A DNA stretch of 64,000 nucleotides from Smithellaceae bacterium. Its GTDB lineage: Bacteria > Desulfobacterota > Syntrophia > Syntrophales > Smithellaceae. Numbering within the stretch: position 1 is the stretch's first letter; every line of letters starts with the position of its first letter. The stretch lies in the NCBI GenBank assembly GCA_963663295.2, contig CAXXLA010000002.1, positions 150,843-214,842 on the forward strand, written 5' to 3'. The position numbers and the translations under genes were made by a program. Positions 10,492-19,852 of this stretch are shown piece after piece. The notes beneath the pieces were generated by a model. The model was not told the DNA's origin and ran no database searches. It saw only the letters and a list, made by a program, of their open reading frames with translations.

Positions 10492-10527
10492 GATATTACG
10501 CAAGGACGACAGTCCTTGCGTAATATC
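10492..10527. repeat. perfect 16-bp inverted repeat (hairpin or operator)
   Basis: GATATTACGCAAGGAC (10492..10507), gaca, GTCCTTGCGTAATATC (10512..10527). Lies about 95 nt upstream of the fadD start and has no T-run of 4 or more after it. Confidence 0.5.
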
Positions 10528-10621
10528 TTTAAAGATCCAACAAAAAAATTATTTATCTTGCTGATGCAGGTTCTTTATATTTTGAATCCTTTAACCTTAT
10601 GTTTATAGGGAAGGGAATAGT

Positions 10622-12331
10622 TTGGCAAATTCAATTAGTTACTTGGATAAACCGTGGCTGAAATCATATCAAGGAGGTGTCGCGGAACACATTAACTATG
10701 AAGAAATTTGCCTGCCGGATGTTCTTATTCGTACAGCATTCAGGTATCCGGATAAAACAGCATTAATATTTATGGGCAAAGAAATTAATTTTGCCCAGTT
10801 AAAAGAAATGGTTGACAGATTTGCCACCTGCCTTGATGATTTCGAGGTGACGAAAGGTGACGCCGTTGCAATATTACTGCCCAATGTAATTCCTTGTGTT
10901 GTTGCTTATTATGCTATTTTAAAAATTGGCGCAGTTGCGGTTATGAATAACCCGGTTTATTCAAACCCGGAACTGGAGCATCAGTTCAATGATTCTGATT
11001 CTAAGGTATTAATAACACTGGATATGCTTGGAAACAGGATGATTGATTTGCGCCCCAGGACAAAAATTAAACAAATTGTAGTTACTTCCATCGGCGACTA
11101 TTTGCCCTTTCCAAAGAATATATTCTTCTCTCTCGCAGCTAAAAGGAAGAAACTTGCTGCCGACGTGAAGGAAGCGCCGGATGTTTACCGGTGGATAGAT
11201 TGCATTACAAAATATTTGCCCAAACCGCCGCAAGTGGAAATATCACTTAATGATGTTGCAATGTATCAATATACCGGCGGGACGACGGGAACCGTCAAGG
11301 CTGTGGAATTAACTCATTCGAATTTGAGCAAGCAGACACAACAGTTGTCTAAATGGTTTCCCGATTTTAAAAGCGCGGAAGAAAGGATGCTGGGTGCGCT
11401 TCCTTATTTTCATGTCTTTGGCCTGACCTGTTCCATGAATTTTTCAGTTTATATGGCCTGGGCGCAAATACTTGTTCCTAAGCCTCAGTCGGAGCCATTA
11501 TTGGAAGCTATCCGCCGCTTTAAGCCGTCATTTGTGCCGCTGGTTCCAACAATGTATATTGGTTTACTCAAACATCCGGATTTCAAAAAAACGGATATGA
11601 GCTGTATTCGAGGCGCATTTTCCGGAAGTGCCCCATTACCGGTGGAAGTCACCCATGAGTTTGAAAAAATTACGGGAGCTGTAATCGTCGAAGGTTTCGG
11701 CATGACGGAAACAACACCGGTAACCCATATTAACCCTTTTGCCGGCGGAGCCCGAAAAGCCGGTTCAGTGGGGCTACCTATTTCCGATACTTTATGCCGG
11801 ATCGTTGATCTGAAAAGCGGCACTGAGGATGTGCCGGTTGGCAAAGCTGGTGAATTAATCGTCAAAGGCCCGCAAGTGATGAAAGGATACAAGGATAAAC
11901 CGGAGGAAACAGCCAATGCAATTAAGGATGGCTGGTTGTTTACCGGCGACATCGCGACAATGGACGAAGACGGCTATTTTTATATTGTCGATCGTAAAAA
12001 AGATATGATTATCACCAGCGGCTATAATGTTTATCCCCGCGATATTGACGAAGTCTTTTACATGCATCCTAAGGTTCAGGAAGCTTGTGCTATCGGTATT
12101 CCCGATTCTAAACGCGGTGAATGCATAAAGGTCTTTATAGTCTTAAAAGAAGGAGAGACGTCAACCACGGAGGAAATGATTGATTTTGCTAAAAAACGTC
12201 TCGCCGTCTACAAACTGCCTATGGAAGTGGAATTCCGCACAGAGCTGCCCAAAACCAGTGTTGGAAAAATTTTACGCAAAGAATTGCGGGCGGAGGAACT
12301 GGAAAAAAGAAAGCGATCTCTAGACAGTTAG
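10622..12331 (+). CDS. fadD: long-chain-fatty-acid--CoA ligase
   Basis: 569 aa, TTG start after GGGAAGGGAA. Contains YQYTGGTTGTVKAVELTHSNL (AMP motif I), GFGMTETT, TGDIATMDEDGYFYIVDRKKDMI and LPKTSVGKILRKEL. Confidence 0.85.
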   Translation: MANSISYLDKPWLKSYQGGVAEHINYEEICLPDVLIRTAFRYPDKTALIFMGKEINFAQLKEMVDRFATCLDDFEVTKGDAVAILLPNVIPCVVAYYAILKIGAVAVMNNPVYSNPELEHQFNDSDSKVLITLDMLGNRMIDLRPRTKIKQIVVTSIGDYLPFPKNIFFSLAAKRKKLAADVKEAPDVYRWIDCITKYLPKPPQVEISLNDVAMYQYTGGTTGTVKAVELTHSNLSKQTQQLSKWFPDFKSAEERMLGALPYFHVFGLTCSMNFSVYMAWAQILVPKPQSEPLLEAIRRFKPSFVPLVPTMYIGLLKHPDFKKTDMSCIRGAFSGSAPLPVEVTHEFEKITGAVIVEGFGMTETTPVTHINPFAGGARKAGSVGLPISDTLCRIVDLKSGTEDVPVGKAGELIVKGPQVMKGYKDKPEETANAIKDGWLFTGDIATMDEDGYFYIVDRKKDMIITSGYNVYPRDIDEVFYMHPKVQEACAIGIPDSKRGECIKVFIVLKEGETSTTEEMIDFAKKRLAVYKLPMEVEFRTELPKTSVGKILRKELRAEELEKRKRSLDS

Positions 12332-12657
12332 AGCAATCTCTGTTGGAACAAAAAGAATAATTTTAGAATAAAGTTCATTGTTATAAAGCCCGTTTACTTG
12401 TAATATTAAAAAATTAATGTTATCTAACAATGGATAAAAAAAATTAATGGACATCTGGGATTTTGCTTAACCAAGCCCGGAAATTATTATTAAAATATTT
12501 TTTTAAGCTATTGCAATAATTAAGGGAAAGGAGGGTAAAACAAAAAACAAAGCGGGGGGAACAAATAGTGCCTCAAAAGAGGTAAAGTTGATTGTATTTT
12601 AAGGCGTCGCGGCTATACCGCAGGCTTATTTCATTTTGAATAAGGAGGGAAAGCAAC

Positions 12658-13443
12658 GTGGAATTTAAAAATCTTTTGTTCGATGTCGAGGAAGGGGTAG
12701 CCACAATAACTTTTAACCGGCCTAAAGCAATGAATGCCATGAACACCGAAACAATGAACGAGCTCATGGACGCAATTCTCATTTGCAAAAAAGATGACAG
12801 CATTAAATCACTTCTTTTAACTGGAGCAGGCGGTAAGTCGTTCATTGCCGGCGGTGATATTGCCGAGATGTTAAACAAGACCGCTCCTGAGGCTCTTGAA
12901 TTTTTCGAACTGGGCCAGGAAACTTATCGTGCGTTAGAAGTTCTACCGAAGCCCTCGATAGCCGCCATTGACGGTTTTGCGCTGGGTGGTGGTGTCGAAT
13001 GCGCAATGGCCTGTGATGTTCGTTTTTGCTCGGCAAAAACTGTTTTCGGTCAGCCGGAAATAACGATCGGACTTATTCCCGGATGGGGAGGCTCGCAGCG
13101 CTTGGCACGTTTGGTGGGCTTTGGTATAGCCAAAGAAATTATCATGGGTGGTGGTCAAACGAAAGCCCAACGCGCCTATGAACTTGGTCTGGTGAACAGA
13201 GTTTATGAAACAAGTGAAGAGTTAATGGCGGAGAGCAAAAAATTTGCCAAAAAACTTGCTAATTTACCCGGCTTTGCTTTAAAGATGGCTAAACATTGCA
13301 TCAATTATGGTTATGACATATCTCTGGATCACGCCCAGAGGATCGAAGCGGAATGCTGTGCCCAGTGTTTCAGCACTCATGACCGCAGAGAAGGTATGAC
13401 GGCCTTTATGGAAAAGAGAAAACCAGTATATATTGGTAAATAA
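12658..13443 (+). CDS. enoyl-CoA hydratase/isomerase (crotonase family)
   Basis: 261 aa, GTG start after AAGGAGGGA. Contains FIAGGDIAEM, GFALGGGVECAMACDVRF and PEITIGLIPGWGGSQRL. Confidence 0.85.
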   Translation: MEFKNLLFDVEEGVATITFNRPKAMNAMNTETMNELMDAILICKKDDSIKSLLLTGAGGKSFIAGGDIAEMLNKTAPEALEFFELGQETYRALEVLPKPSIAAIDGFALGGGVECAMACDVRFCSAKTVFGQPEITIGLIPGWGGSQRLARLVGFGIAKEIIMGGGQTKAQRAYELGLVNRVYETSEELMAESKKFAKKLANLPGFALKMAKHCINYGYDISLDHAQRIEAECCAQCFSTHDRREGMTAFMEKRKPVYIGK

Positions 13444-13508
13444 GAAAAATGCATAATATTACGCAATAAATAAGTGTATAACAATAAAAATAGAGGAGGA
13501 AATAAACT

Positions 13509-14657
13509 GTGAATTTTGCACCGACAGATGAACAAAAAATGCTTAGAGATATGGTAAAGAAGTTCTGTGAAGCTGAACTTAAACCTATTGCAGCGCACTT
13601 GGACGAAACGCATACGCAACCGGAAGAAGTTTGCCGCAAGCTCGGCGCAATGGGCGTTATGGGTGTTTCTGTTGACCCGGAGTACGGTGGAGCAGGAATG
13701 GATAATGTGGGTTATGTCTGGGCGGTTATCGAAGTCGCTAAAGCCTGCGGCGGTACCGGTATTATCGTATCCGTCAACAATTCACTCTATGGCCATCCGG
13801 TAAAGACCTTTGGAACACATGAGCAGAAGTTGAAATATCTGACTCCCGTGGCGGGCGGGTCATACGAAGGCTGCTATGGTTTGACAGAAGCCGGTGCCGG
13901 TTGTGATGCGGCCTCCTTAAAATGCCGGGCAGTATTGAAGGGCGATAAATACATTGTTAACGGCGCTAAAATGTTCATCACTAACGGTCCTACTGCCCGT
14001 TATTGTGTTCTGGCCGCAACGACCGATCCGTCCAAAGGTTACAAGGGCGTCATCAATCTGGTCGTCGATTTACATAATACCCCCGGTTTTAAAGTTGGCA
14101 AGATTGAAGAAAAAATGGGTATTCGCGCTTCCGGTACTTGCGAACTGGTATTCGAGGATGCAGAAATTCCCGCAGAATGTCTGCTGGGCAAAGAGGGACA
14201 GGGATTCCAGCAGATGATGGCTGGATTGAATGCCGGACGTATCGGCGTTGGTTCGCAGGCTTGCGGTATCGGCCGCTCCGCTTTGGAAGATGCGCTGGCT
14301 TATGCTAAAGAGAGAGTGCAGTTCGGTCAGCCGATCACCTCTTTCCAGGCAATTCAGTTTAAATTGGCCGAAATGGCAACGGAACTCGATGCAGCAGAAT
14401 TGTTGCTTCTGAGAGCTGCCTGGTTGGAAGACAACCATTTGAATTTTGAAATGGAAGCAGCCATGGGCAAATATTACGCTTCCGACGTGGCCATGAGAGC
14501 CGCAATTGAAGGTGTCCAAATATTCGGCGGTTACGGTTATGTTAATGAATATCCGGCAGAACGTCATATGCGCGATGCTAAGATTTGCCAGATTTATGAA
14601 GGAACAAACGAAATTCAGAGAGTAGTTATTGCCCGTAAACTGATCGGTATGAGATAA
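13509..14657 (+). CDS. acyl-CoA dehydrogenase (short/medium-chain type)
   Basis: 382 aa, GTG start after GAGGAGGAAA. Contains GLTEAGAGCDAAS, the IFGGYGYVNEYPAERHMRDAKI region and YEGTNEIQRVVIAR. Confidence 0.9.
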   Translation: MNFAPTDEQKMLRDMVKKFCEAELKPIAAHLDETHTQPEEVCRKLGAMGVMGVSVDPEYGGAGMDNVGYVWAVIEVAKACGGTGIIVSVNNSLYGHPVKTFGTHEQKLKYLTPVAGGSYEGCYGLTEAGAGCDAASLKCRAVLKGDKYIVNGAKMFITNGPTARYCVLAATTDPSKGYKGVINLVVDLHNTPGFKVGKIEEKMGIRASGTCELVFEDAEIPAECLLGKEGQGFQQMMAGLNAGRIGVGSQACGIGRSALEDALAYAKERVQFGQPITSFQAIQFKLAEMATELDAAELLLLRAAWLEDNHLNFEMEAAMGKYYASDVAMRAAIEGVQIFGGYGYVNEYPAERHMRDAKICQIYEGTNEIQRVVIARKLIGMR

Positions 14658-14673
14658 TTATTGTGGGGTAAAG

Positions 14674-14710
14674 AAAGGCGAGGCGGCCCTGGGTTGTCTC
14701 GCCTTTTTAT
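14674..14710 (+). terminator. Rho-independent terminator after the acyl-CoA dehydrogenase
   Basis: AAAGGCGAG (14674..14682) pairs with CTCGCCTTT (14698..14706) within a T5 run. Confidence 0.65.
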
Positions 14711-14731
14711 TTTAATCTTAATGGGAGATTT

Positions 14732-15940
14732 ATGGATTCGGAATTTGTTGACCGACTGATTATTAAAAACGATAAAAAAATAATATTTCTTATTATGGAT
14801 GGTTTGGGTGGTTTGCCACAGACTTCCGGCGGACAGACGGAGCTCGAAGCTGCTAAGACACCCAATCTGGATCAACTGGCGGCATCAGGAACGTGCGGCC
14901 TGCTGGACCCCGTAGGCTACGGCATTACGCCGGGAAGCGGACCTGCTCACTTTGCTCTTTTTGGCTACGATCCTGTAAAGTACAATGTCGGCCGGGGCTT
15001 GCTTTCTGCGGCGGGGCTCGATTTCCCGATGACTGAAGGCGATCTTTATATGCGGGCGAACTTCGCCACCGTTGACGCCAAAGGTTTGATTACTGATAGA
15101 AGAGCGGGCAGGCTCGCCACAAAAAAAAACGAAGCAATCTGCCGCAAACTTCAGGAAAAGATTATTTTAAGTTCCGGTGTGCAGGCATTTTTCAGAACAG
15201 AAAAAGAACATCGTGCACTGGTGGCCTTACGCGGAGGTGACTTTTCTGAGGAAGTCGCAGAAACTGATCCGCAAAAAACAGGATTATCACCGCTGGAACC
15301 AAATGCCTTAACTCCCCAGGCAAAAAATACTGCAGCCGTCATGCGGGAACTGACGGAAAAAATAAAAGAGGCTCTGAAAAACGAAGAGACAGCCAACGCA
15401 ATTCTCCTGCGAGGCTATGCCCGTTATCGACGCTTCCCCTCCATGACTGAACGTTTTGGGCTCACGCCACTGGCTATCGCCAGCTATCCCATGTACAAAG
15501 GAATTGCCCGGCTTTTGGGAATGCAGCTTGCAGATACGACAAATACTATTGAAGAAGAGATCCAGTCGCTGAAAGCAAATTATCACAATTACAATTTCTT
15601 CTTTGTCCACATCAAATATACCGATTCACGCGGTGAAGACGGTCAGTTCGCCGAAAAAGTGAAAGTGATTGAACAGGTAGATGCTTTGCTCCCGGATATT
15701 TGCGCCCTGCAACCGGATGTTCTTGTGGTTACGGGTGATCATTCCACGCCAGCGGTTATGGCTGGTCATAGCTGGCACCCGGTTCCCGTTTTGCTGTCGG
15801 CGGCCAACTGCCGCCAGGATTTGGCGACTACCTTTGGCGAGTGCTCCTGCATTACCGGTGGATTGGGCAGAATGCCCATGAAATATATAATGAGTGTTGC
15901 CCTGGCTCACGCGGGAAAACTGCAAAAATTCGGTGCATGA
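14732..15940 (+). CDS. apgM: cofactor-independent phosphoglycerate mutase, archaeal (ApgM) type
   Basis: 402 aa. Contains MDGLGGLP, TPNLDQLA, GSGPAHFALFGYDP and VVTGDHSTP, the metalloenzyme-superfamily motifs in ApgM order. Confidence 0.8.
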   Translation: MDSEFVDRLIIKNDKKIIFLIMDGLGGLPQTSGGQTELEAAKTPNLDQLAASGTCGLLDPVGYGITPGSGPAHFALFGYDPVKYNVGRGLLSAAGLDFPMTEGDLYMRANFATVDAKGLITDRRAGRLATKKNEAICRKLQEKIILSSGVQAFFRTEKEHRALVALRGGDFSEEVAETDPQKTGLSPLEPNALTPQAKNTAAVMRELTEKIKEALKNEETANAILLRGYARYRRFPSMTERFGLTPLAIASYPMYKGIARLLGMQLADTTNTIEEEIQSLKANYHNYNFFFVHIKYTDSRGEDGQFAEKVKVIEQVDALLPDICALQPDVLVVTGDHSTPAVMAGHSWHPVPVLLSAANCRQDLATTFGECSCITGGLGRMPMKYIMSVALAHAGKLQKFGA

Positions 15941-15965
15941 TTAATTAAAGCTAATACGAATTTAC

Positions 15966-16008
15966 CCGGATTGCGCATCAGGAAAAAGTTTTTTATTGCG
16001 CAATCCGG
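15966..16008. terminator. hairpin between convergent apgM and carbamoyltransferase genes
   Basis: CCGGATTGCGCA (15966..15977) pairs perfectly with TGCGCAATCCGG (15997..16008). The 19-nt loop contains a T6 run. Confidence 0.5.
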
Positions 16009-16018
16009 AGTTATTGTC

Positions 16019-17878
16019 TTAATCCAGTTTAAACTTTTCTTTCCAATCGTCATCCTGTGTAAATTCAGGTTGGTCTTTTTTATCGAAAAGAAAATTCTCC
16101 ATGACCAGGAAATCCATTTCCATTCTCATAAAGCATCGGTAAGCATCTTCGGGGGTACAGACAATTGGTTCACCGCGAACATTGAAGCTGGTATTTACAA
16201 GAAGTCCGAAACCTGTTTTTTCCTTATAGGTACTGATCAGCGTCCAGAAGCGTTCATTGCTTTTTTTATTAACGCTCTGAATTCTGGCGGAAAAATCTAT
16301 ATGGGTTATTGCCGGCACATCCGATCTGAGCTGGTAGAGCCGTTCATACATTTTCATCTGATCATAATCGGCGGGCATTTGTTTGCGGCGCTTGTTTTGC
16401 ACCGGGGCGACCAGGAGCATATAGGGCGATGGACGATCAAGGTCAAAATATTCCTGAATGTCTTCCTCCAATACCGACGGGGCAAAAGGCCTGAATCCTT
16501 CCCGATATTTGATTTTCAAATTAAGTTTTTTCTGGGTGTCCGCCAGACAGGGATTGCCCAGGATGCTTCTATTGCCCAGTGCCCGGGGACCGTATTCCAT
16601 GCGTCCCTGAAACCAGCCGACCACCATGCCCTGCTCAAGGAGTCCCGCCACCTTGCGGCAGAGCTCGGTGTAATCGTCGTATTGTTTAAAAATAGCTTTG
16701 TACTGTCTGGCTGTGTTTTTTATGTCATCCTGCCCGAATTCGGGGCCAAAATATGATCCCTGCATAACATCCTGGCCGTGAGAGGTTTTTCTGTCTTTAT
16801 TTTGCCCTATATGCCAGGCGGCATAGGCTGCTCCCAATGCTCCGCCTGCATCTCCGGCTGCCGGCTGTATCCAGATGTTGTCAAAAATTTGCTTGCGCAA
16901 AAGCTTGCCGTTGGCGACGCAATTGAGCGCTACGCCTCCGGCCATTGCCAGATTGGAACTGCCGGTGAGTTTTTTGGCTGTTGCCGCCATCAGTAAAACG
17001 ATATCTTCAGTAACCTGCTGAATGGCAAAAGCCAGGTTCATATAAGCTTGATTAAGTTCACTTTCCGGTTCTCTTCTGGGGATGCCGAACAGTTGTTCCC
17101 ATTTGTTGTCCCGGCACATTGTCAAGCCCGTGGCAAAATCAAAATATTCCATGTTCAGCAGTATCGAACCATCTTCGCGTATATCCACCAGATTTTCCAT
17201 AATTTTCTTCTTATAGTTTCTGGTTTGCTCAGCGTCCGGAATTCCGTAGGGGGCCAGCCCCATCAGTTTATATTCGCCGCTGTTTACTTTAAACCCGCAG
17301 TAGTAGGTGAAAGCAGAATAAAGCAAACCCAGGGAATGCGGAAAATCAAGTTCGCGCAGGCAGGTAATTGCCTTTCCCTTGCCCAGACTGATGGTGGTTG
17401 TCGCCCATTCTCCTACTCCGTCAATAGTAATAATCGCCGCTTCTGCGAACGGAGACGGGTAAAAAGCACTGGCAGCGTGGGAGAGGTGATGTTCGGGAAA
17501 AACTATTTTTGCTTTGGTTGGCCCGATTGCGGTGAGTTCTTCATTAAGCATTTTTCGCATGAAAAGTTTTTCCTTGATCCAGACCGGCATAGCCGAAAGA
17601 AAACTTTTCAGTCCCTGCGGAGCGAAGCCGTGGTAGGTTTCCAGCAATCTTTCAAATTTTAAATAAGGTTTGTCGTAGAAGGCGATTATAGCAATTTCAT
17701 TTAAGTTGATGCCGGCCTGTTGCAAACAGTATTTTACTGCCTGGAATGGAAACGCACTGGTATGCTTTTCGCGGGTAAACCTCTCCTCCTGTGCTGCCGC
17801 AATAATCTCACCGTCGATCAGAAGCGCAGCAGCGCTGTCGTGATAGTAGGCGGATATTCCCAGTATTGCATCTTTCAT
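16019..17878 (-). CDS. carbamoyltransferase (NodU/CmcH family), copy 1
   Basis: 619 aa. Contains ILGISAYYHDSAAALLIDGEIIAAAQEERFTREKH, FPEHHLSHAASAF, GEYKLMGLAPYG, LAMAGGVALNC and C-terminal VNTSFNVRGEPIVCTPEDAYRCF. Confidence 0.9.
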   Translation of the reverse strand: MKDAILGISAYYHDSAAALLIDGEIIAAAQEERFTREKHTSAFPFQAVKYCLQQAGINLNEIAIIAFYDKPYLKFERLLETYHGFAPQGLKSFLSAMPVWIKEKLFMRKMLNEELTAIGPTKAKIVFPEHHLSHAASAFYPSPFAEAAIITIDGVGEWATTTISLGKGKAITCLRELDFPHSLGLLYSAFTYYCGFKVNSGEYKLMGLAPYGIPDAEQTRNYKKKIMENLVDIREDGSILLNMEYFDFATGLTMCRDNKWEQLFGIPRREPESELNQAYMNLAFAIQQVTEDIVLLMAATAKKLTGSSNLAMAGGVALNCVANGKLLRKQIFDNIWIQPAAGDAGGALGAAYAAWHIGQNKDRKTSHGQDVMQGSYFGPEFGQDDIKNTARQYKAIFKQYDDYTELCRKVAGLLEQGMVVGWFQGRMEYGPRALGNRSILGNPCLADTQKKLNLKIKYREGFRPFAPSVLEEDIQEYFDLDRPSPYMLLVAPVQNKRRKQMPADYDQMKMYERLYQLRSDVPAITHIDFSARIQSVNKKSNERFWTLISTYKEKTGFGLLVNTSFNVRGEPIVCTPEDAYRCFMRMEMDFLVMENFLFDKKDQPEFTQDDDWKEKFKLD

Positions 17879-17889
17879 GCTTTATCTTT

Positions 17890-18039
17890 CTAAAATAATG
17901 TGTAGATAAACGGCGCAATAGCGGTACCGCTCGTCAGTACTATCAACGCTCCAAAAAAAAGTAAGGTTAATATTATCGGCAGCAGCCAGAACTTTTTTCG
18001 AACTTTTAAAAAGCCCCATAAATCGCGTAAAAATTCCAC
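17890..18039 (-). CDS. DUF5989-type small membrane protein
   Basis: The track ORF 17890..18132 is over-extended. GTG at 18039 is preceded by AGGAGAAAACA and gives (M)EFLRDLWGFLKVRKKFWLLPIILTLLFFGALIVLTSGTAIAPFIYTLF, 49 aa. The F/LxxLWxFLKxRKK...APFIYTLF pattern matches the family. Confidence 0.65.
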   Translation of the reverse strand: MEFLRDLWGFLKVRKKFWLLPIILTLLFFGALIVLTSGTAIAPFIYTLF

Positions 18040-18053
18040 TGTTTTCTCCTGGA

Positions 18054-18470
18054 TTAATATGGATTTTGAATATCCTTTGACGTGAATTTGTATTCTCGAA
18101 TTCTGAATACGGATCGTTTTCCCTTTTTCCATGCCTTTAATTGCAGGGTGTCTTTACCCATTACTCTGCGCAAAAGGCCGACGGGCAGGACTAAAATAAA
18201 AAATATCACCGTTAAAATTATCTTGGACATGACGGTTCCCAGCAAGTGGGAAAATCCAAACCATATTTTGGCTACCGGTTTGTATAGCACCGGCTTTATC
18301 ATGTTCACCAGCAGAAGCAAAATGGCGATGATAACAAACTGCTGTTTACCACTGCCGATTGCGATTAACAAACTTATCAGGACAATCGCCATGCCCGTAT
18401 CTTTGGCCTGTTCCGGTGAAATTACCGAGGGCATCAACCCTTTTATTTGATCATAAATTTTATTTGCCAT
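18054..18470 (-). CDS. SxtJ-family membrane protein
   Basis: MANKIYDQIK...DTGMAIVLISLLIAI...ILTVIFFILVLPVGLLRRVMGKDTLQLK. Two to three TM segments and the conserved LxPVGxxLxRxxGxD tail. Start is uncertain: ATG 18470, ATG 18485 or TTG 18497. Confidence 0.6.
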   Translation of the reverse strand: MANKIYDQIKGLMPSVISPEQAKDTGMAIVLISLLIAIGSGKQQFVIIAILLLLVNMIKPVLYKPVAKIWFGFSHLLGTVMSKIILTVIFFILVLPVGLLRRVMGKDTLQLKAWKKGKRSVFRIREYKFTSKDIQNPY

Positions 18471-18667
18471 TTTTTTCAATATCATGAAAATATTCAAAAG
18501 TGTTAAATTGAATTAAAGTCTCCCGGTTTTTTCCTTGACAAAAAACTTTGTGCTGCTATCACTTGCCAAGTGTAAAAAGTTTTCTTCCTGAAATACGATT
18601 TTGGGCTCGAACAGTTAAGAATCTCTTTACCAGTAATAAAATAAAACTATTAGGTGGTTTGACATTA

Positions 18668-19852
18668 ATGCTGAAAATTTTCAAGAGGGAATACGTATAC
18701 GGTGCTGTTTTAATAGTTGTCGGTATTATTGTGGCCTTGGTGTTATGTGAATTTGGCCTGCGCGCCTATTTTTCCATTAAAAGTAAGAACGACAAGTATT
18801 ATGTTTGGCCTCCTAATTTACGCAAAGTTTTTAAGCCGACGCCGGGAACAATGTCCGGTGTTGACAGCATTGCACATTTTAATGTTAATTCCGACGGTAT
18901 GAGGGGAGACGAAATGTCTTCGGGTAAACAATTCAGGATATTGACCATTGGTGGAAGCACCACGGAGTGTCTTTTTCTTGACCAGGAAAAATCATGGCCC
19001 TACGCCTTGCAGAAAAAATTAAATAATCTTCCTATGTCGAAGTTCTGGGTCGGAAATGTGGGAAAAGCCGGCCTGAGTACAAGAGAACATTTCATGCATA
19101 TGAAATATCTTCTGCCTCAGTATTCTGAAATTGATGCGGTCATAATTTTGGTTGGGTGTAATGATCTGACGAGGAGGTTGATCGAAGATAAAAAATACGA
19201 TCCTAATTTTTTGGATCATTATGAATACTGGAAGCATCGGCTCATCAGAGGGGCATTTTCCGAGACCCCGTATTATAAAGGAAAGTATAGATTCCGGAGT
19301 GGTTACTATGATGAGTTGGCCATCGGCAGCGTCATTAAACAATCTATGGATATGTATTCCAGACGGAAAATGATTCAGGATGAAGCCGGTAACATGTTTA
19401 TTAATCTGCGCAATCTCCGCAAAGAAGCAGTGCAAATTGTTGAAGATTTGCCGGATTTAAATTCCGGTCTGGAAGAATATAAAAGAAATATTAATGCAAT
19501 AATCGATATTGCTCAGGCTCGATCTGTTCGGATTATCTTTATAACGCAACCTTCATTGTGGAAGAAGGATATGACTGCCGAAGAAAAGAATCTGCTCTGG
19601 TACGGATGGATAGAAAGTCAGAAATCCAGGAGATACTATTCAGTGGCGGCTCTGATGAAAGGTATGCAAGCGTACAACAATGCCTTGCTCCAGGTCTGCA
19701 GAATTCGGAGCACAGAATGCATTGATTTGGCAAAAGAGCTTCCCCGAAACAGTACGATATTTTATGATGATGTTCACTTCACCGACAAGGGATCATTGAT
19801 GACGGCTGATGTAGTAAGCGAATACCTCAAAAAACATACTGTTTCAAAATAA
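18668..19852 (+). CDS. SGNH/GDSL-like hydrolase with N-terminal membrane anchor
   Basis: The ATG at 18668 after AGGTGG gives MLKIFKREYVYGAVLIVVGIIVALVL (TM anchor). Block I is ILTIGGSTTE, with GGS in place of GDS. Contains VGCNDL (GxND-like) and C-terminal YDDVHFTDKG (DxxH). Confidence 0.6.
   Translation: MLKIFKREYVYGAVLIVVGIIVALVLCEFGLRAYFSIKSKNDKYYVWPPNLRKVFKPTPGTMSGVDSIAHFNVNSDGMRGDEMSSGKQFRILTIGGSTTECLFLDQEKSWPYALQKKLNNLPMSKFWVGNVGKAGLSTREHFMHMKYLLPQYSEIDAVIILVGCNDLTRRLIEDKKYDPNFLDHYEYWKHRLIRGAFSETPYYKGKYRFRSGYYDELAIGSVIKQSMDMYSRRKMIQDEAGNMFINLRNLRKEAVQIVEDLPDLNSGLEEYKRNINAIIDIAQARSVRIIFITQPSLWKKDMTAEEKNLLWYGWIESQKSRRYYSVAALMKGMQAYNNALLQVCRIRSTECIDLAKELPRNSTIFYDDVHFTDKGSLMTADVVSEYLKKHTVSK

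Noticed and set aside
12408-12449. 12-nt direct repeat AAAAAATTAATG (12408..12419 and 12438..12449) in the fadD-crotonase spacer
   Set aside because: It is a low-complexity AT-rich repeat that is likely to arise by chance. A nearby GG...TTGC pair also fails sigma54 spacing.
15971-16756. 261-aa plus-strand ORF opposite the 3' end of carbamoyltransferase 1
   Set aside because: It lies entirely antisense to a strongly conserved gene. The translation is low-complexity (F/I/K-rich) with no recognisable motifs and no RBS, so it is a shadow ORF.
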